Source: Gnetum montanum | Lineage: Eukaryota > Plantae > Gnetophyta | Length of the DNA: 64,000 nt | Assembly: GCA_015680685.1 (NCBI GenBank) | Contig: MNCI01001559.1 | Location: forward strand, 260,807 to 324,806 | Direction: 5' to 3' | Shown: one piece after another, positions 47,840 to 61,103 of the stretch | Layout of the letters: each line of letters starts with the position of its first letter | How positions within the stretch are numbered: position 1 is the stretch's first letter | The notes under the pieces: model-generated | What the model saw: the letters and a program-made list of their open reading frames with translations, nothing else | Databases searched by the model: none | Told to the model about the DNA's origin: nothing | Program-made: the position numbers and the translations under genes

Positions 47840-50200
47840 TGTCTCATGAACATGATTATATACATGCTATAGTCATATCCATTTTCTTAAGTAGGAATAC
47901 CTTGCACAACCACTATACTCCATTTTGAAGGTATCCACTTTCGCTTTTCCTTCACCTTAGTTGTGCTCTCACCCATTGAGGAATCACCCTTCAATAAAAA
48001 TTCAACAAACCTTAACATTAACTTTTGAATAGTAGCTACATGTTGGGAAGAAGATAAGTAATCATACACACACATTTGTTTGGTAGATGAGCACCTAATG
48101 CTTGCTAGTATTGAATGGGGTGCAAAATAATGGCAGTTCCAATTCAAGAAATTCATCCTAGTACATTTATTTCTAACCTCTTTAATAAAGTCCTTCTCTA
48201 CCATGAACACATCAAGCGCTTCTTCAACCACTGTATCACTTTCAACATTGATGACATGTCTTTTGTGGATTTCTTTACTTTATGTGTCAACAGGTTTTTT
48301 TAACTTTATTACATCTGACTCTCAAGGGACTTTGCAAATGCTTAAAACATAGTATTAAATACAAAATATGTTACTGAATCTTGACAATCAACAATAGATT
48401 TTTGAAGTTACTTAAGGTACATGATGTACACATCGATGACATCATCATCAAGCCATTATTTCCACCCAAGTTGGTGTATAGATCTAAAAGATAATCCTAT
48501 GACAATGAATGGAGAAAACAATGACAATACAAGCACTTCACTATCTAAATTTCCTATGACAAGAAACTACATCATTATATTAATTTTCACACATGATTGA
48601 CCATTTAGGATGATGAAGTATGTAGGCTTCATTGTCTAAATTGTACTAGAAGGTTGATCAATGGGTTGTTGAAGTCTACATCAACTACAAATGAACATTC
48701 ATAAGATGAAAGTCAACAAATATAAAGAAGTGATCCAAAAAAGTCCAGATACATGTTCTTTTATTTAGATGATCTTGTTTAGATACTTGTTTGTTATCTC
48801 CTTCAACTGAATCAAATAATCTTTTGGTAGCTTTCATTGCTAGCACATTAGTCATTTTTGTTCAACACATGTACAATACAAAGAGCATTAGAATTTTGAA
48901 AATACATAAATAATGTATTAAAACTAAAAGGTTTTATAACATGGCAGAAACCTCTAACAGTATTGATCGTAGCATTTTTAATGAGATAATTTCTTTATTT
49001 AGTGTGAAAATTTGGTTGGCAATTTTTTTGTTCTGAGCCATCAACTTCTATATATAATTGTTTTCTTCAGCTACATAATTCTCAATTTTGGCCTTTAATT
49101 AGAGGTTTTCTTCTCTCAAACAAGACATATCTAATTTTAGTTCCTCCACAGTGTTCCAAAGTGCTAGATTGCTTTGCCAATAATTATTTAATGTCTCAAT
49201 CATGTGTTCTAACTTATCCTTGATGGGTTGATAAGAGCATTTTTCATGTTGGCAACCTTCATTGATAGCTTGGCTATTAGGCTCTTTCATAAAAGAAGAG
49301 GTCACACCTTTCTTGAACAATGATGTACTCTTGAATATGCTTGTAGGATCCAAATTGACTAGTTCTTGAAGTTGGGTAGCAATATAGTGAAAATTTTTCA
49401 GCAATAATTTTGTCACTATAATTGAAAAGCATCATGTAGCTACCATAACCTTGCCCGCCTCTTCATCTCAGACATTATAGTCATCAGGATATCAAATGGA
49501 ACATCTTCATTGTATCTAATGCCCACATGAGTAAACTTACATTATTAGAAATCTTTGCTTTCATTAGAAATAAAGACCACTACATAAATTTGAAAAGCAA
49601 TAATAGCTCAAGAAATTAAGTAGGATTATCATCTTTCATATCAAATTTTTGAGCATACTAGATTAGATGATTCTCATTTTTCTTTCACCTTTGATCTTTG
49701 ACAACTACCTCTTTACGACACAAAACTTGTATAAAATCTACAATGTCATGAATATTGAAGGTGAAATTTTGTCCTTGAACAGTAGCCTATAAGTACTTCC
49801 CATAATGAACACAGTATCAATGAACTATTCATAAAAGTTGTAAATAACATTCTTATCATAACTTCCATCCATTGTCATCCACTGATAAATTTCAATTTTC
49901 TTCAATTTTTTGGAAAAGGACAGACATTTTTGGCAAGTCTAAAATTGTTTACAAATTATGTTCACAGATAATGCCAATAGCTACAATTCATGCAAACAAA
50001 TAAAATGTTACCATAAAATAAAAAAAAATACTTGAATTAAGACATCTATAATATCAATTCTAATATCATTGCATATAAATAATAACAAGTACTTACATGG
50101 AAGATCCTTTTTGCTAATCCGCATCATTTTTACAAGTTTCATGTTTATACAGAATTTCAACAATAACCCTGAATAACAAAGATAACTTAAACATAATTAT
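47840..50200 (-). pseudogene. Ulp1-like (peptidase C48) cysteine protease gene remnant of a DNA transposon, multi-exon
   Basis: WLDDDVIDVYIMYLK (~48455-48410), YFAP, CVYDYLS and KWSIVVVQGIPT*ENGYDYSMYIIMFMR, a decayed Q.NGYDCG catalytic motif. Upstream extent approximate. Confidence 0.8.
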
Positions 50201-50559
50201 AGCCTTCTCTAATAATCCTGCAATGAAAATAATATAAATGAAGAATGATATTAGAATTGATAATATTTACTAATGCATCATAATCAATTAAACATCAATA
50301 AGTGAAATCATAAATAATATTAATGGGGAGTTATCTTAACATTGGTAATATTTACTAATGTATCATAAATTCTACATGACGTATTACCATAATAATGAAA
50401 TGAACCTTATCTAATAAATCATAAAAAATAAAAACATAAATAAAACAATGACTAAACCAAGGAGTAAGTGAGATAAGGGTAGTTCATATTCCTTGATAGT
50501 GAAGTTGGGTGCACAATTTACAATCCAATTTCATTTGTTCAAAACTTAGTTTTTGCTAA

Positions 50560-51150
50560 CTTCGAGAACCCGTGACTCACATGTCCTTGCAGAAGACTTT
50601 TCATAAACACCTATGATATGTAGTGGTTTGCAACCTGTACTACACATAAACTACATTGTCATGCAACACACAGTCCATCGCATTACCTAACTTTCGTTCA
50701 AAGTGCTCTGTAAAGACCATGCAACTTACAGCCAATCACACTATCTAAATTTTTTACAAGGTGATACTACCATGTCCTATGCTATGCAAGCTAGTGCACT
50801 TTACGATACATCTCTCTTCACAAACAATGATAACCCTATGACTCGCAGCCCATCACATTGTCTAATTTTAGTTCAAGGTTATAATTGTGATGTCCTACAT
50901 TACGCAAGACATCACATTAAACCAAACATCTCTCTTCCTAAACTATGATAACCACGTGACCCACAACCAATTGCATTGTCTAAATTTTATTCAAGGTAAT
51001 AACTACGACATCCTATGTAGGACATTGCACTGTACCATACATCTCTTTCTAAACTATGATAACCCCACAGCTTGCATCTTCTTGCATAACACTTTATGCC
51101 CTTGTGCGAGTTGTAGTAGATCACAACCTATAAACTATGTAGCAGTGTGA
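50560..51150. repeat. Motif cluster / ~118-bp degenerate repeats upstream of the Ulp1-like gene
   Basis: cgtgactcacatg, tgactcgcagcccatcacattgtctaa, cgtgacccacaaccaattgcattgtctaa. Confidence 0.65.
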
Positions 51151-52503
51151 GACGCATTGACACTCAATAAAAAAAGTTGATATTAGGATAAAATTTCAAG
51201 GGCTCATGAGCGCAAACTTAAACCATGTCTATCAAAAATAAAAAATGAATGGAAACACTAGCAACTATGAAATGGAATGTTAAAATGTGTTGCAAAATAG
51301 TAGTGAAAGCTACAAAAATAAAAAATTTATGCAAACTTACAACAGCTAATTCAAGGATGATTTGGGTTCTAGGCCTACGCAAAAGCTTGACGTTGAGTGC
51401 TAAGGAGAGTTTCGATGGGGCCACTATGCCCACTATTAATGTTGTTGCTAAGGAGCTACCACAACGTTGTTGTGATGTACAAAAGTTACCTTGTATTTCT
51501 TTGCTTAGAAATTGGGCCAAAATCTAAATTATATTTGGACATTATTGGCAATAGGGTCATGGTCATGTAATGGAGGGATGACAGATGGGCATACAAGGAT
51601 GTGTATCCAGAGGATGATAGGATGGTCATGTAATGGAGGGATGGGCATATGAGGATGAGGACATAGGTTCTTTATGGCCTAATGAGAACAATTGTAACTT
51701 TTGCTTCTCATTAGTGAATGAAAACCAACAAACATGGTCTCTAGTTTTGCAATAAATGCATAAATGCAATAGTGCCATGTTGGGACATTTAAGTTCTGGT
51801 GAGACCATTATGATTTCAACTACTACCTCCACAACCTTTAGGTGTGATAGTTCCAATGTTTGAGTGTATTATAAAAACCATCAGTGAAGTAACATAATGT
51901 TGGGGATCCACTTACAGGCTTGTGATGAGATGCCTTTTGCAGTAGGCTAACAACAATAAATTTTTGCCTCGGTTCTTTAAACATCCTATGTTTATGTTTT
52001 GATAAAGATCACATGTGCAAGCTTATTATTTATGTTGAAAAGCAAATATATAAGTTGCATGCAACAATTTCTAGTCTTTCTTCATTTCAATTGTAAAGAC
52101 CTTATCAATTGGATTATGTGAATTTTATTAGATTAAATCTTATTCCAAAAGGAGTATTATTTTTTATCTATCTTTTTAATATAATTAAGATAATTTTTTT
52201 AAAGAAAGAGATTTAGGAAATATTTTGTAAGAGACATAGGCTAAGGAATGACAATGATGCATTAGTAATAATGGTAATAAAGGATTTAGCAAAGTTTTCA
52301 ACTACAATATTAAAGAAACTATTAACTACATAATTGTAAGTCAATTTTGTAAAATTTTCATTTCTTGTACAGGAATAGCCTTTTTCTAATCTTAGCTCCT
52401 TGACATTTTTATGCTATTTTACTACTCCTAGCTCTTGGTAATCATATATGTTCTTGACAAATATATTTAGGAACTATTATATATATATAAACTCATCAAA
52501 TAG

Positions 52504-54099
52504 TGATGAGTATCAAGTATCCCCTATGCTCAACCATATGAATCACAAGCATTCATGTGCAATCTAGTTGAATTTCATGAATAGAACTAGTGTTGCATCA
52601 AGATCATTACACATTGATCATAGGTTATTGTCTTCTTATTTGGACTAGTGGTAGCTTTATCATGTATGGTTTAGTCCAAAGTGAGGCATATGATTATCAC
52701 ATTATTAGGGCCTTAAACTAAACTTGATAATAACATAAAAAATTAAATTTTTTAAACCTAATTAATAAAAGGAAGATAATATCCTAAACTATCCTAAGGA
52801 TGATGAGTGTCCATTCCTAGCTTGTTGTACATGTCCTAAACTCATGTTCCCACTACTGGGATTACCAAGTATTATGCTACTAGGTGAACTAAGCAATAAC
52901 GCTACTAGGATTACTAATCAAATATGTGTTTACACTTGAAACAGGTCGCACTCATCCTACTAATTGATTGATGTGCATAAAAACATAACTATTAACTAAG
53001 TACATAATGGAGTAGGTTCACTCCACAATTAAATCACCTTCAACACACCAAATCTAGATATTATGCAAAGACAAAACTTTTTGCTGGAAAATAAGAAAAC
53101 TAGAGGTTTTTAATTAAGTTATTAGAAGATTATAATAGGGTTTACAAAACCCACAAGCATCCAAAACCTATCACACTCAACTGATATTTCATAGCATGAG
53201 GCTCTACAACCACATAATGGTTGTTCTCAATGCAAGACACAACTAGTAGAAATTTCTCCCAAAACCTGGGACTAAGATCTCAACTCACAAGTGAGATATA
53301 AGAGAATAGAACACATAGACCAACACACCACAAGCTGATCTTGGAGTTGCAATCACTAATCACACTCACCCAATGTGCTCACCCACTCTCTCTTACTTAG
53401 ATCTCCACTCTCAAAAGTATTTTCTTTCACTCATTCTCTAATCAATAGTGATGAATACATAATATTTATGTCAAACTAGAAGATAAGAATCCTAAAACCT
53501 TTTCTCATATCACCCTAAGATCTTCTAGATGTTTTCCAAGTCTTCTCACCTTCTTCCCAACTATTTCCATTGCATTCTAGCTATTTCTTGAAATGGGATG
53601 AGTATTTTTGGAAGATTTCCCATCCATCAGGATCATCTCTAACTTTGTTGGAAAGTCTCCTATGAAAACCTAGCTCTTGGTTAAGATGTCTGCTATTTTT
53701 TTGGGATGTTCCATCTAGTCCTAGGGTATCTAAAATTCTGGTAGAATGTCTCACCAAGATGTCACATGTATACTTGAGACATCCCAACTAGGACATCCTA
53801 GTTTTTAGTGGGATGTTCCACTTGCTAGGGCCAAATACAAAATATGGTTGTTTTGATGTTTGGAACCTTTAGATGCCTCCAAATAAGTCCCCATAGACCC
53901 TAGAACCTCCTAAACTAATCAAAATGAGCCCAAAACACCATGAAATATGCTAAAAAACCCAAGAAACATCATAAACAAAATCAACACAAGAAGATACACA
54001 TTAATAAGACACACTCGTTCATGTCTTCTTCAAGCCTAAAACCTACAAAAAATTCATGTAGGATAGAACAAAGGAATCAAAAGAGGTATCCCTACATCA
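52504..54099 (-). mobile_element. ~1.6-kb 3' LTR (TGATG...CATCA) whose U5 half is homologous to the element 1/2 LTRs
   Basis: 52504-52950 aligns with 6408-6840 (ctcaaccata, ggactagt, catgtatggtttagtccaaagtgagg, cactactgggattaccaag). Purine tract GAAGGGCAAGAGAG precedes it on the minus strand. Confidence 0.7.
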
Positions 54100-54830
54100 A
54101 CTCTCTTGCCCTTCAAAAAGTGAACATATGTGAATAAGGAAGTAAGGGTTGAAGTGATTCCCCACTCAACAAGTTGGTCTCATGGACCCATACAACATCA
54201 TCAGTAAATTAATCCTCCCAATGGATTAAATATTCATTCCTCTTAACTCCTTGAGTGCTAGAAGCTTTCCTTTACTTGAGCATGATTTCCTTTCTGTCCA
54301 TTGAAGGCTTGGACTATTCAATATACCCCTTCAACTCCTCTACGCTACCATATATGGTCTCCTCATTAGTTGGTCTATGGTAGTGCATAAGATCTAAAAC
54401 ATTAAATACAAAAGACATACCAACATCATTTGGTAAATCAATATTAAAAACATTTTCATTAATTTAAGCCTTGATTTTGCAAGGCCCCATCTTGTTGGCT
54501 TTCAATTTGGAGAAGTTAACTTTTCAATCACTTCTTCTTCAAGTGAACCCAAACCAAGTCATCAACAAAAAAATTAGACTTCTACTTACTTTCATTCCTC
54601 TTGAGGACTCTCTCTTCAACTTTCTTCTAAAGATTTGATTTTACTTATGCATGGAGATCCCTCATCTCTTGCACAAAATTAGCACTGAGTTAAGCTTCAC
54701 CATCAATGCTATTTAAAGTATCCACCATCTTTGCATAAAACCCATAGTTTACCTCAAATGGGCATTTACTTTTTGTAACTTGTAACTTGGAGCAAAAATT
54801 ACACAAAGTAAGAAAACAATTAAACATTCA
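54100..54830 (-). pseudogene. pol: Ty3 integrase C-terminal remnant
   Basis: DDLVWVHL, KLKANKMGPCKI..INENVFNIDLPNDVGMSFVFNVLDLMHYH: GPF/GPY-module pattern. Confidence 0.75.
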
Positions 54831-55654
54831 CCAATGAATAGTAAATGAGCATGTAACATCTACTAGTGGTATGCTTTACATGTCAATTTTGATCATGTGA
54901 AGTTGCTTGGCACTTGACAAGGCACTTAATTTATTGAAAAAGTATGGACTACATGGTGATTTGGTAGATTTTTTTAAACATCATGGTTGGTGTTTTCTTC
55001 ATTTGAGGGAAAAAAATTTAGTGGATGTGACAAAACCTCTCCTAGAGAAGATTATATTACTTGAACAGAAACATGACATGCTTGTAACTATAGTACATAT
55101 AGCAATTATATGTTTATGATATATATCTATTATTTGGTTGAGATAATTTTTTATATTTTTTAAATTAAGAAATTTTAAATTAATTCATTGAGAATTGATT
55201 TGCTAAGAGCAAAGTCTTAGACTCTCATAAATAATAATTTTCATGAAAAAGTTCATCTCTTATCCAAGAATTTTGACTATACATACTCTACTAAAAATCT
55301 CTAAAACTTCATTCTTGCCACATCACAAATCACACAAACCATAGAAGTGCAATCTACACCTTACTTTGTTATCTTCTATAATGATGTTGTTTCCAAAACT
55401 AACAAAAAATCATTAACAAAATTAACTACAATTAGCAACATGTAAGCATTACATCTAAACTCATTCCAAATTTCTTGAATGAAGGGGCAATTTACTAAAA
55501 GATGATTCATACTCTCTATTATTGAAAAATATAATACATAAGAAGGAATTTATGTGCAATTTTTCATGGAGCATATTACTAGCAAAGGGACTAATGGAAG
55601 GAGTGAAAATGTGATTTTGGATATTCATTGAATATTGCACTCTTTCCACGTGAT

Positions 55655-56700
55655 GGAGAGAGAGAGAGAGAGAGAGTGTGTGTGTGTGATTTACTACTAA
55701 TTTTAAAAATTCATTACTAATTTTGCAACAAAGACAAAAAGATTCATTTTGCTATAGAGAGAGAGAAAAATTTGCGAGAGAGAGAGAGAGAGTGATTTAC
55801 TACTAATTTAAAAAATTCATTAATAATTTTGCAACAAAGACAAAAAGATTCATTTTGCTATAGAGAGAGAAAAAAATTTGAGAGAGAGAGAGAGAGATTT
55901 ACTACTAATTTAAAAAATTCATTACTAATTTTGCAACAAAGACAAAAAGATTCATTTTTCTACAGAGAGAGAAAAAAATTTGCGAGAGAGAGAGAGAAAG
56001 AGATTCGCTAATAGTTTTACAACAAAGAGAGAGAGAGCAACACGAAGCCTCAGGCAGCTACCCCGCGCCCTCAATCATCGCAGCTCTGGTTTGCGGATGT
56101 CCTGCAGAATGGTAGGACTGGAATAGCCCAGCTGATCGCAGAGAATCGGCACCGCCTTGCTGCGGGCCTGGCGGACTAGGGAGAGGCTGGCTCACAGCGC
56201 TCCCGTGGGATTTTGGGAGGTGGAGCTTTTGCTACAACGGCGGGAATGGCGGACGCTGCTCTTTTCTGCCTTTTCCGTTGTTTCTGGGGTTCGGTTTTGT
56301 TGGTTTTTGGTCTCTCATGGGTCGTGGGGTTCTGTGTCACGTTTGGGGGGGGGGGAGCGCGTGGGCGGATCCTGCCTGCGCGTTTCTCCATCGTGATTAA
56401 GGTTGCGGGATGCTCTGTTTTCCCTTGGTTCCTGGGTTATCTTCTGCCCTGGGGACTCCTGTTTTGGGACCACGGCTGAAGGTCCATGCTACGTGCAGGC
56501 GTAGCTTGTTCTTCTTTTTTTTTTGGGAATGATATACACTCGAACTTTTCCTAAAAAAAAAAAAGAAATTAATTACTATTTTTTCAACAAAGATAAAGAG
56601 ATTCATTTTGCTATAGAGAGAGAAAAAAATTTGCAACAAAGAGAGAGTGAGAGAGATAGATAAAGAGAGAGAGAGAGTTTTAGTACTAATTTTGCAAGAT
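55655..56700. repeat. ~100-bp tandem repeat punctuated by (GA)n microsatellites, interrupted by a GC-rich insert
   Basis: atttactactaatttaaaaaattcatta.taattttgcaacaaagacaaaaagattcattttgctatagagagag x3, and again after 56565. Confidence 0.9.
56038..56564 (+). mobile_element. Probable 5'-truncated LINE (L1-like) 3' end or other retroposed insert with poly(A)
   Basis: CpG-rich 527-bp insert. Short open frame ...QLWFADVLQNGRTGIAQLIAENRHRLAAGLAD*, G/T-rich 3' region, AATGATATAC..TTTTCCT then A12 (56553-56564). No clear TSD. Confidence 0.55.
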
Positions 56701-56919
56701 AGAAAGACAAAGAACTAACAAAATCATTATCTTATATATTTAGGATGGATGAGATGTATTAGTAATAGCAAAAGCATTATAGGTAATTTGCTATCATAAG
56801 TTGAATCCATAATATATTTGAGAATTAATCTTTCCTAACAAAGCATAATCAATGTCTTGAATGTGCCTAAGATTTCATCCTCCATAGGACTATGGTTTAT
56901 GGATTATATTCATTAGCAT

Positions 56920-57560
56920 TCTAGTCTTGTCCCAATAAAATGGGGCTAACTACATGATTTGTTTTTCATTATTCACATCTAGGAAGAGCTAGATCTTTGT
57001 TTATTTGCAATTTCTTTGAATCATCTTCAATTATTTTTTCCTAACTATTTTTTAGGCTTCTATTCAATGGCTTTCCTAGAATAGTGATATAGCGATGTTT
57101 TTTTTATAAGTGCATTATTTGATCTTCTTTGCACATTCCCAAGCCATATAAGATGCCATTACTATAGCTTATCTAAAATAAAAGTCATTTAGATCTTTCT
57201 TTAATATTTATATTATGCAATTTCTCTCTTCTAGTAACATTTGACATCCATCTAAGCATTTACATTTCTAGCAAACTAACTTGTTGTTCATGCCTCTTTC
57301 ACATTGCCTAACATTCAACATCATAGCAAGCTTTATTATTGTCTATAAAATTTTTTCATTAGTTTTATTGAGATTCTTATATCACATAAAACACCACTAA
57401 TCTATTTCCATTTTGACCATCCTACCTTAATCTTATTTCTTGTATCTTTATTTGTTTTAATATCTAATTATAGCATTAATCTTAGGTAGTTGAACTACTT
57501 GTAGTGAAGGACTTTTTGGCCTTGATTTATCACTTCTATTTCATTGCTATGCATGCTTTT
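56920..57560 (-). mobile_element. RTE-clade LINE 3' fragment, degenerate
   Basis: FNYL, IKVGWSKWK, EMxMLRWM, HLIWLGNVQRR (consensus RLRWFGHVQRR); 3' end tcccaataaaatggggctaactacatg resembles plant RTE ends. Confidence 0.8.
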
Positions 57561-57596
57561 ATTCAAATTGGATTCAATATATGTTTCATTGCATTC

Positions 57597-58181
57597 AAAT
57601 TGCTATTTATGCTTGTTCTATGAGGCAAACAACAACCTCCAACTCACAAGATTTGTAGATGCAAATTGGGCTGGTAGCCTAGATAATAGGAAAAACACAT
57701 ATGGATTTTCCATGCTCTTAGGAGGTAGCCTCTTCTCATGGAGCTCCAAGAAATAAGCTTGTGTAGCTCAATCCACTATAGAAGCTGAATATGTGGCCAT
57801 ACATGCTACAAGTCAACAATTGGTTTGGTTAGATAATTTTTTTTTAATTTCACCATTCCAATTGAGAAGCTAGTTCACTTGATCTATAATAGCTATTACA
57901 TGTTTGCTATTTCCATTAGAAAAAATCCAGTGATGCATTTGCAAATAAAACACATAGATATTAAGTTTCACTACATTCGTAGCCTAGTTGAAGATGGACT
58001 TTTATTTATTGATCATTATCATACAAAACTTCAACCAACTTCTTTACCAAGGCCCTAAATAGAAATAGATTTCAAGAATTACAAGAAAAATTATAAATTC
58101 TTGACATTAAGGCCAAGGGAAGTAATTTGGAATAGCTATTAATTAACAATAAAAGTTTGTATCCTTAATGTCAAGGGGGAA
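57597..58181 (+). pseudogene. pol: Ty1/copia RNase H remnant followed by PPT
   Basis: FVDANWAGSLDNRKNT..WSSKK*ACVAQSTIEAEYVA..KHIDIKFHYIR; AAGGGGGAA then TGT at ~58182. Confidence 0.9.
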
Positions 58182-59569
58182 TGTGTTATGATACATCTTG
58201 GTTGCTACCATTAGAACACAAATTTTTATTAGAATATATATGTTTCATGATATACATGCTTAACTATTATCATGTGTCTCATTATGATCTAATTCTATTC
58301 TTTTACAAGACCATGATTTTCATACATATTTTGACAAATGGTAGTATGTATTTGGTGCAATTCCCATTCTTTATCTTATGTTCTTAGACCTTCATATTAT
58401 TTTCTATTTAATATAAAAACAAGAATAGATTCCTTAAAGATCTTCTAAGTAGTAGTAATCACTATTTCTTATTCAAATAATTACAAGCACCTTCTAGTGA
58501 GTCTTTTGCTACTTTTTGTATTGCATTTATTCTATTTATTTAGTATGCATGTAAAAGCCAACTAAAAAAGTCATGCACAAATAGGAGATGTAGAGAATTT
58601 CAAGGAGGCATTGCAATGGAAACTTTGAACATTATGGTAGCAGAAGCTTTGAACATTACTACAATAGATATAGATCTATTCAGAAAATTCTCCCCTTGTA
58701 TACAAGTTTGTTCATTTCATTAATTGTTTCTGATGAATATCTTACTAAAACATATTCAAGAGGTCCTTGTGTTCTAAGATTTGTGATTATATAAATTACA
58801 TTTGTATTGTTTAACAATTTATTACTTGTGAAAAATGTTATAATGTTTTTATCCCATCCAAATTTTAAAAGTAAGCAAGCAACAAAATCTGAATTCATTC
58901 TTAACAATTCTTTATTTTATTTCAATAATGGTTAGAACATTCAAATGCTACTACTATAAAATTTTTATTCAAACTTCACTCTCATAAACTTTATTAAAGT
59001 TAGTCTTTGGATATAAAATTATAGATATGATTTCTTTGATGAAAGTTGCAAAGATTTTGTGATTCAAGTTACATATTTTATTTGAATCACTTTAGGGTTG
59101 CACAAAATAATAGGAAAATTCATAAATAAAATAAAATCTTTGATCCGTTAGAAATTTGCTTCATGCATAAGTCTAAGGAATAACTATAGGGATTTAAAAC
59201 TAGAGATTTTGTTGATTTAACAACATATTGCTTGATATTGTTTATTGTGGACCATTTTAATTTTTGTCATTATTTAAAATTATATTGATTTAATTCCATG
59301 TTAGTACCATTTGCAACTTTTTTATCATTGTTTATTGTATCACTAGTAATTTGAAATTCATTTAACATTGTGTTCTAAAACTAAATTTTGATCTACAAGT
59401 GTTGTAATCATTTGACCCTGTATTACCATTTCTATTATTTCTTCTAAACCTACATATCAATTAATTTAGTCCAATAATAGAAATAATTAATAATTAAGGA
59501 CTAAAATTGGAACTTAGGTTGATATGTTAATCAATAGATTTAGATCTCTATGGATTCTAGGCCTCCTAA

Positions 59570-61103
59570 CAAGAAGTTTTTAATTATGAAAACTTAAAGT
59601 TCAAACTCCATAAAGAGACAAAACAAAAGTTAGAAGTTGTTACCATGAATCTTGAAGCCTTAAAGAGCAAGTTCAAAGATTAAAGATCACTTGCTAAGAA
59701 CCTAGCCAAGAAAATGAATGAGTATCAAGAAGTGCAAAACCTTGTCCAAATGTTTGATGTTGAATGTAAAAAATTTACAATCTAGTTTATCAACATGAAG
59801 GGAATGTTTACAACCATGCCATGCCTGTGGGATGTACCTGCACTAGCTAGTCTAAGCAAAGTTGCCTAGACCATTTATCATCCATGAAGGAATGAGAAGA
59901 AAATAAAGGCACTCATGGATGCCTTGAAATTTTTGAAAGTAGTAGTAGGGTAGCCTCAACCACCAATAGGACTTGGACATGATGAAGGATCCTTCGCACT
60001 ATAGAAGCCTCCACCTCCAAGCATGATGTAAAGACTTCATCTCACTCCATCATCATCCAACCAGTGGTTGCCAATTTTGTAAAAAGTCTAAAATTCCTTT
60101 GGTATTCTATAAAAATTATTTTGTAATGTAGCAAATAGAGTTGAGTCTTTTCTTAGTCCCATACCTTTCAAAATTTTGTAAATAACTCTATTTGAATTTT
60201 GTAACTTGAGGATAATATTTTAGTCAATCATGATGGTATGATAAGTCATGATATTTTGGGCAGCTGCATTGATGCATCCCCATCAACATAGCCCTGTCGA
60301 CGCATGGTTATTGATGCATCCTTGGATGCATTTGTGCATATGTGTTGACACTGTATCATTCAAAATCTATAAATACATGTATGCCATCCACTTTGAGAGT
60401 AGTTTAGTTAGTAGTGTAGGTGAACTCTTATAGTTTTCTCCTGTAGGACTTAGTTAAATTTTCACCCAAGTGTCCACAATGTGGAATTAATTAATTATAC
60501 AAAATTTTATTTAAGTGTAAGATGTAGCTAGATGCTTCTACATGACAACAATAAGATTGAGATTTATTCCTTCCATTACAACACTTGGATTAGCATTTAA
60601 TTTATTTTCCAATACTTTACTTTCTTGCACTTAAGAATTTAATATTTTATTCCATGGTAACATGAGGATGACCACTTCAAGCATAATATACTAACACATG
60701 GTAATCCCAACAGTGAATATTTGGTATGCCTAGTAGTAAACACTTGATAACCCAGCATCATTGGTATAGGTTCAGGATGTGTACGGAAAGTGTGAACAAA
60801 TACTCTACATTTAGGATAGCTTAGATTTTCCTTAATTTCATAGTTAGTTAGAATTTAATATTTTAATCACTTCACCATTTAATGCTCTTAAATAAAAAAT
60901 ATATAAATATCTCATGCCTCAATCACACTTAACCATACCGATTGAATTAGTCCAAGTGGCAATTTGGGAGACAATGACAAACAACATCATAACCTAATTA
61001 TCTAGAGCACTAGATGTCCAAAGGATCCACAAAATTTGACTAGATTACATGAACACACTTGTTATTTGGATGGTTGAGTGTAGGAAATGCTCACCACTCA
61101 TCA
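59570..61103 (+). mobile_element. Old, 5'-truncated relative of the Athila-like family: env-like C-terminus, PPT and 3' LTR (60239-61103)
   Basis: Coiled-coil-like remnant ending KPPPPSMM*; gtaacttgaggat..catgatggta|TGATAAG; LTR ends ggttgagtgtagg..ctcaccactcatca. Confidence 0.8.

Noticed and set aside
56176-56391. 71-aa K/P/R-rich ORF as a host gene exon
   Set aside because: It is the antisense of a G/T-rich 3'-UTR-like tract in a poly(A)-tailed insert; no further exons were found.
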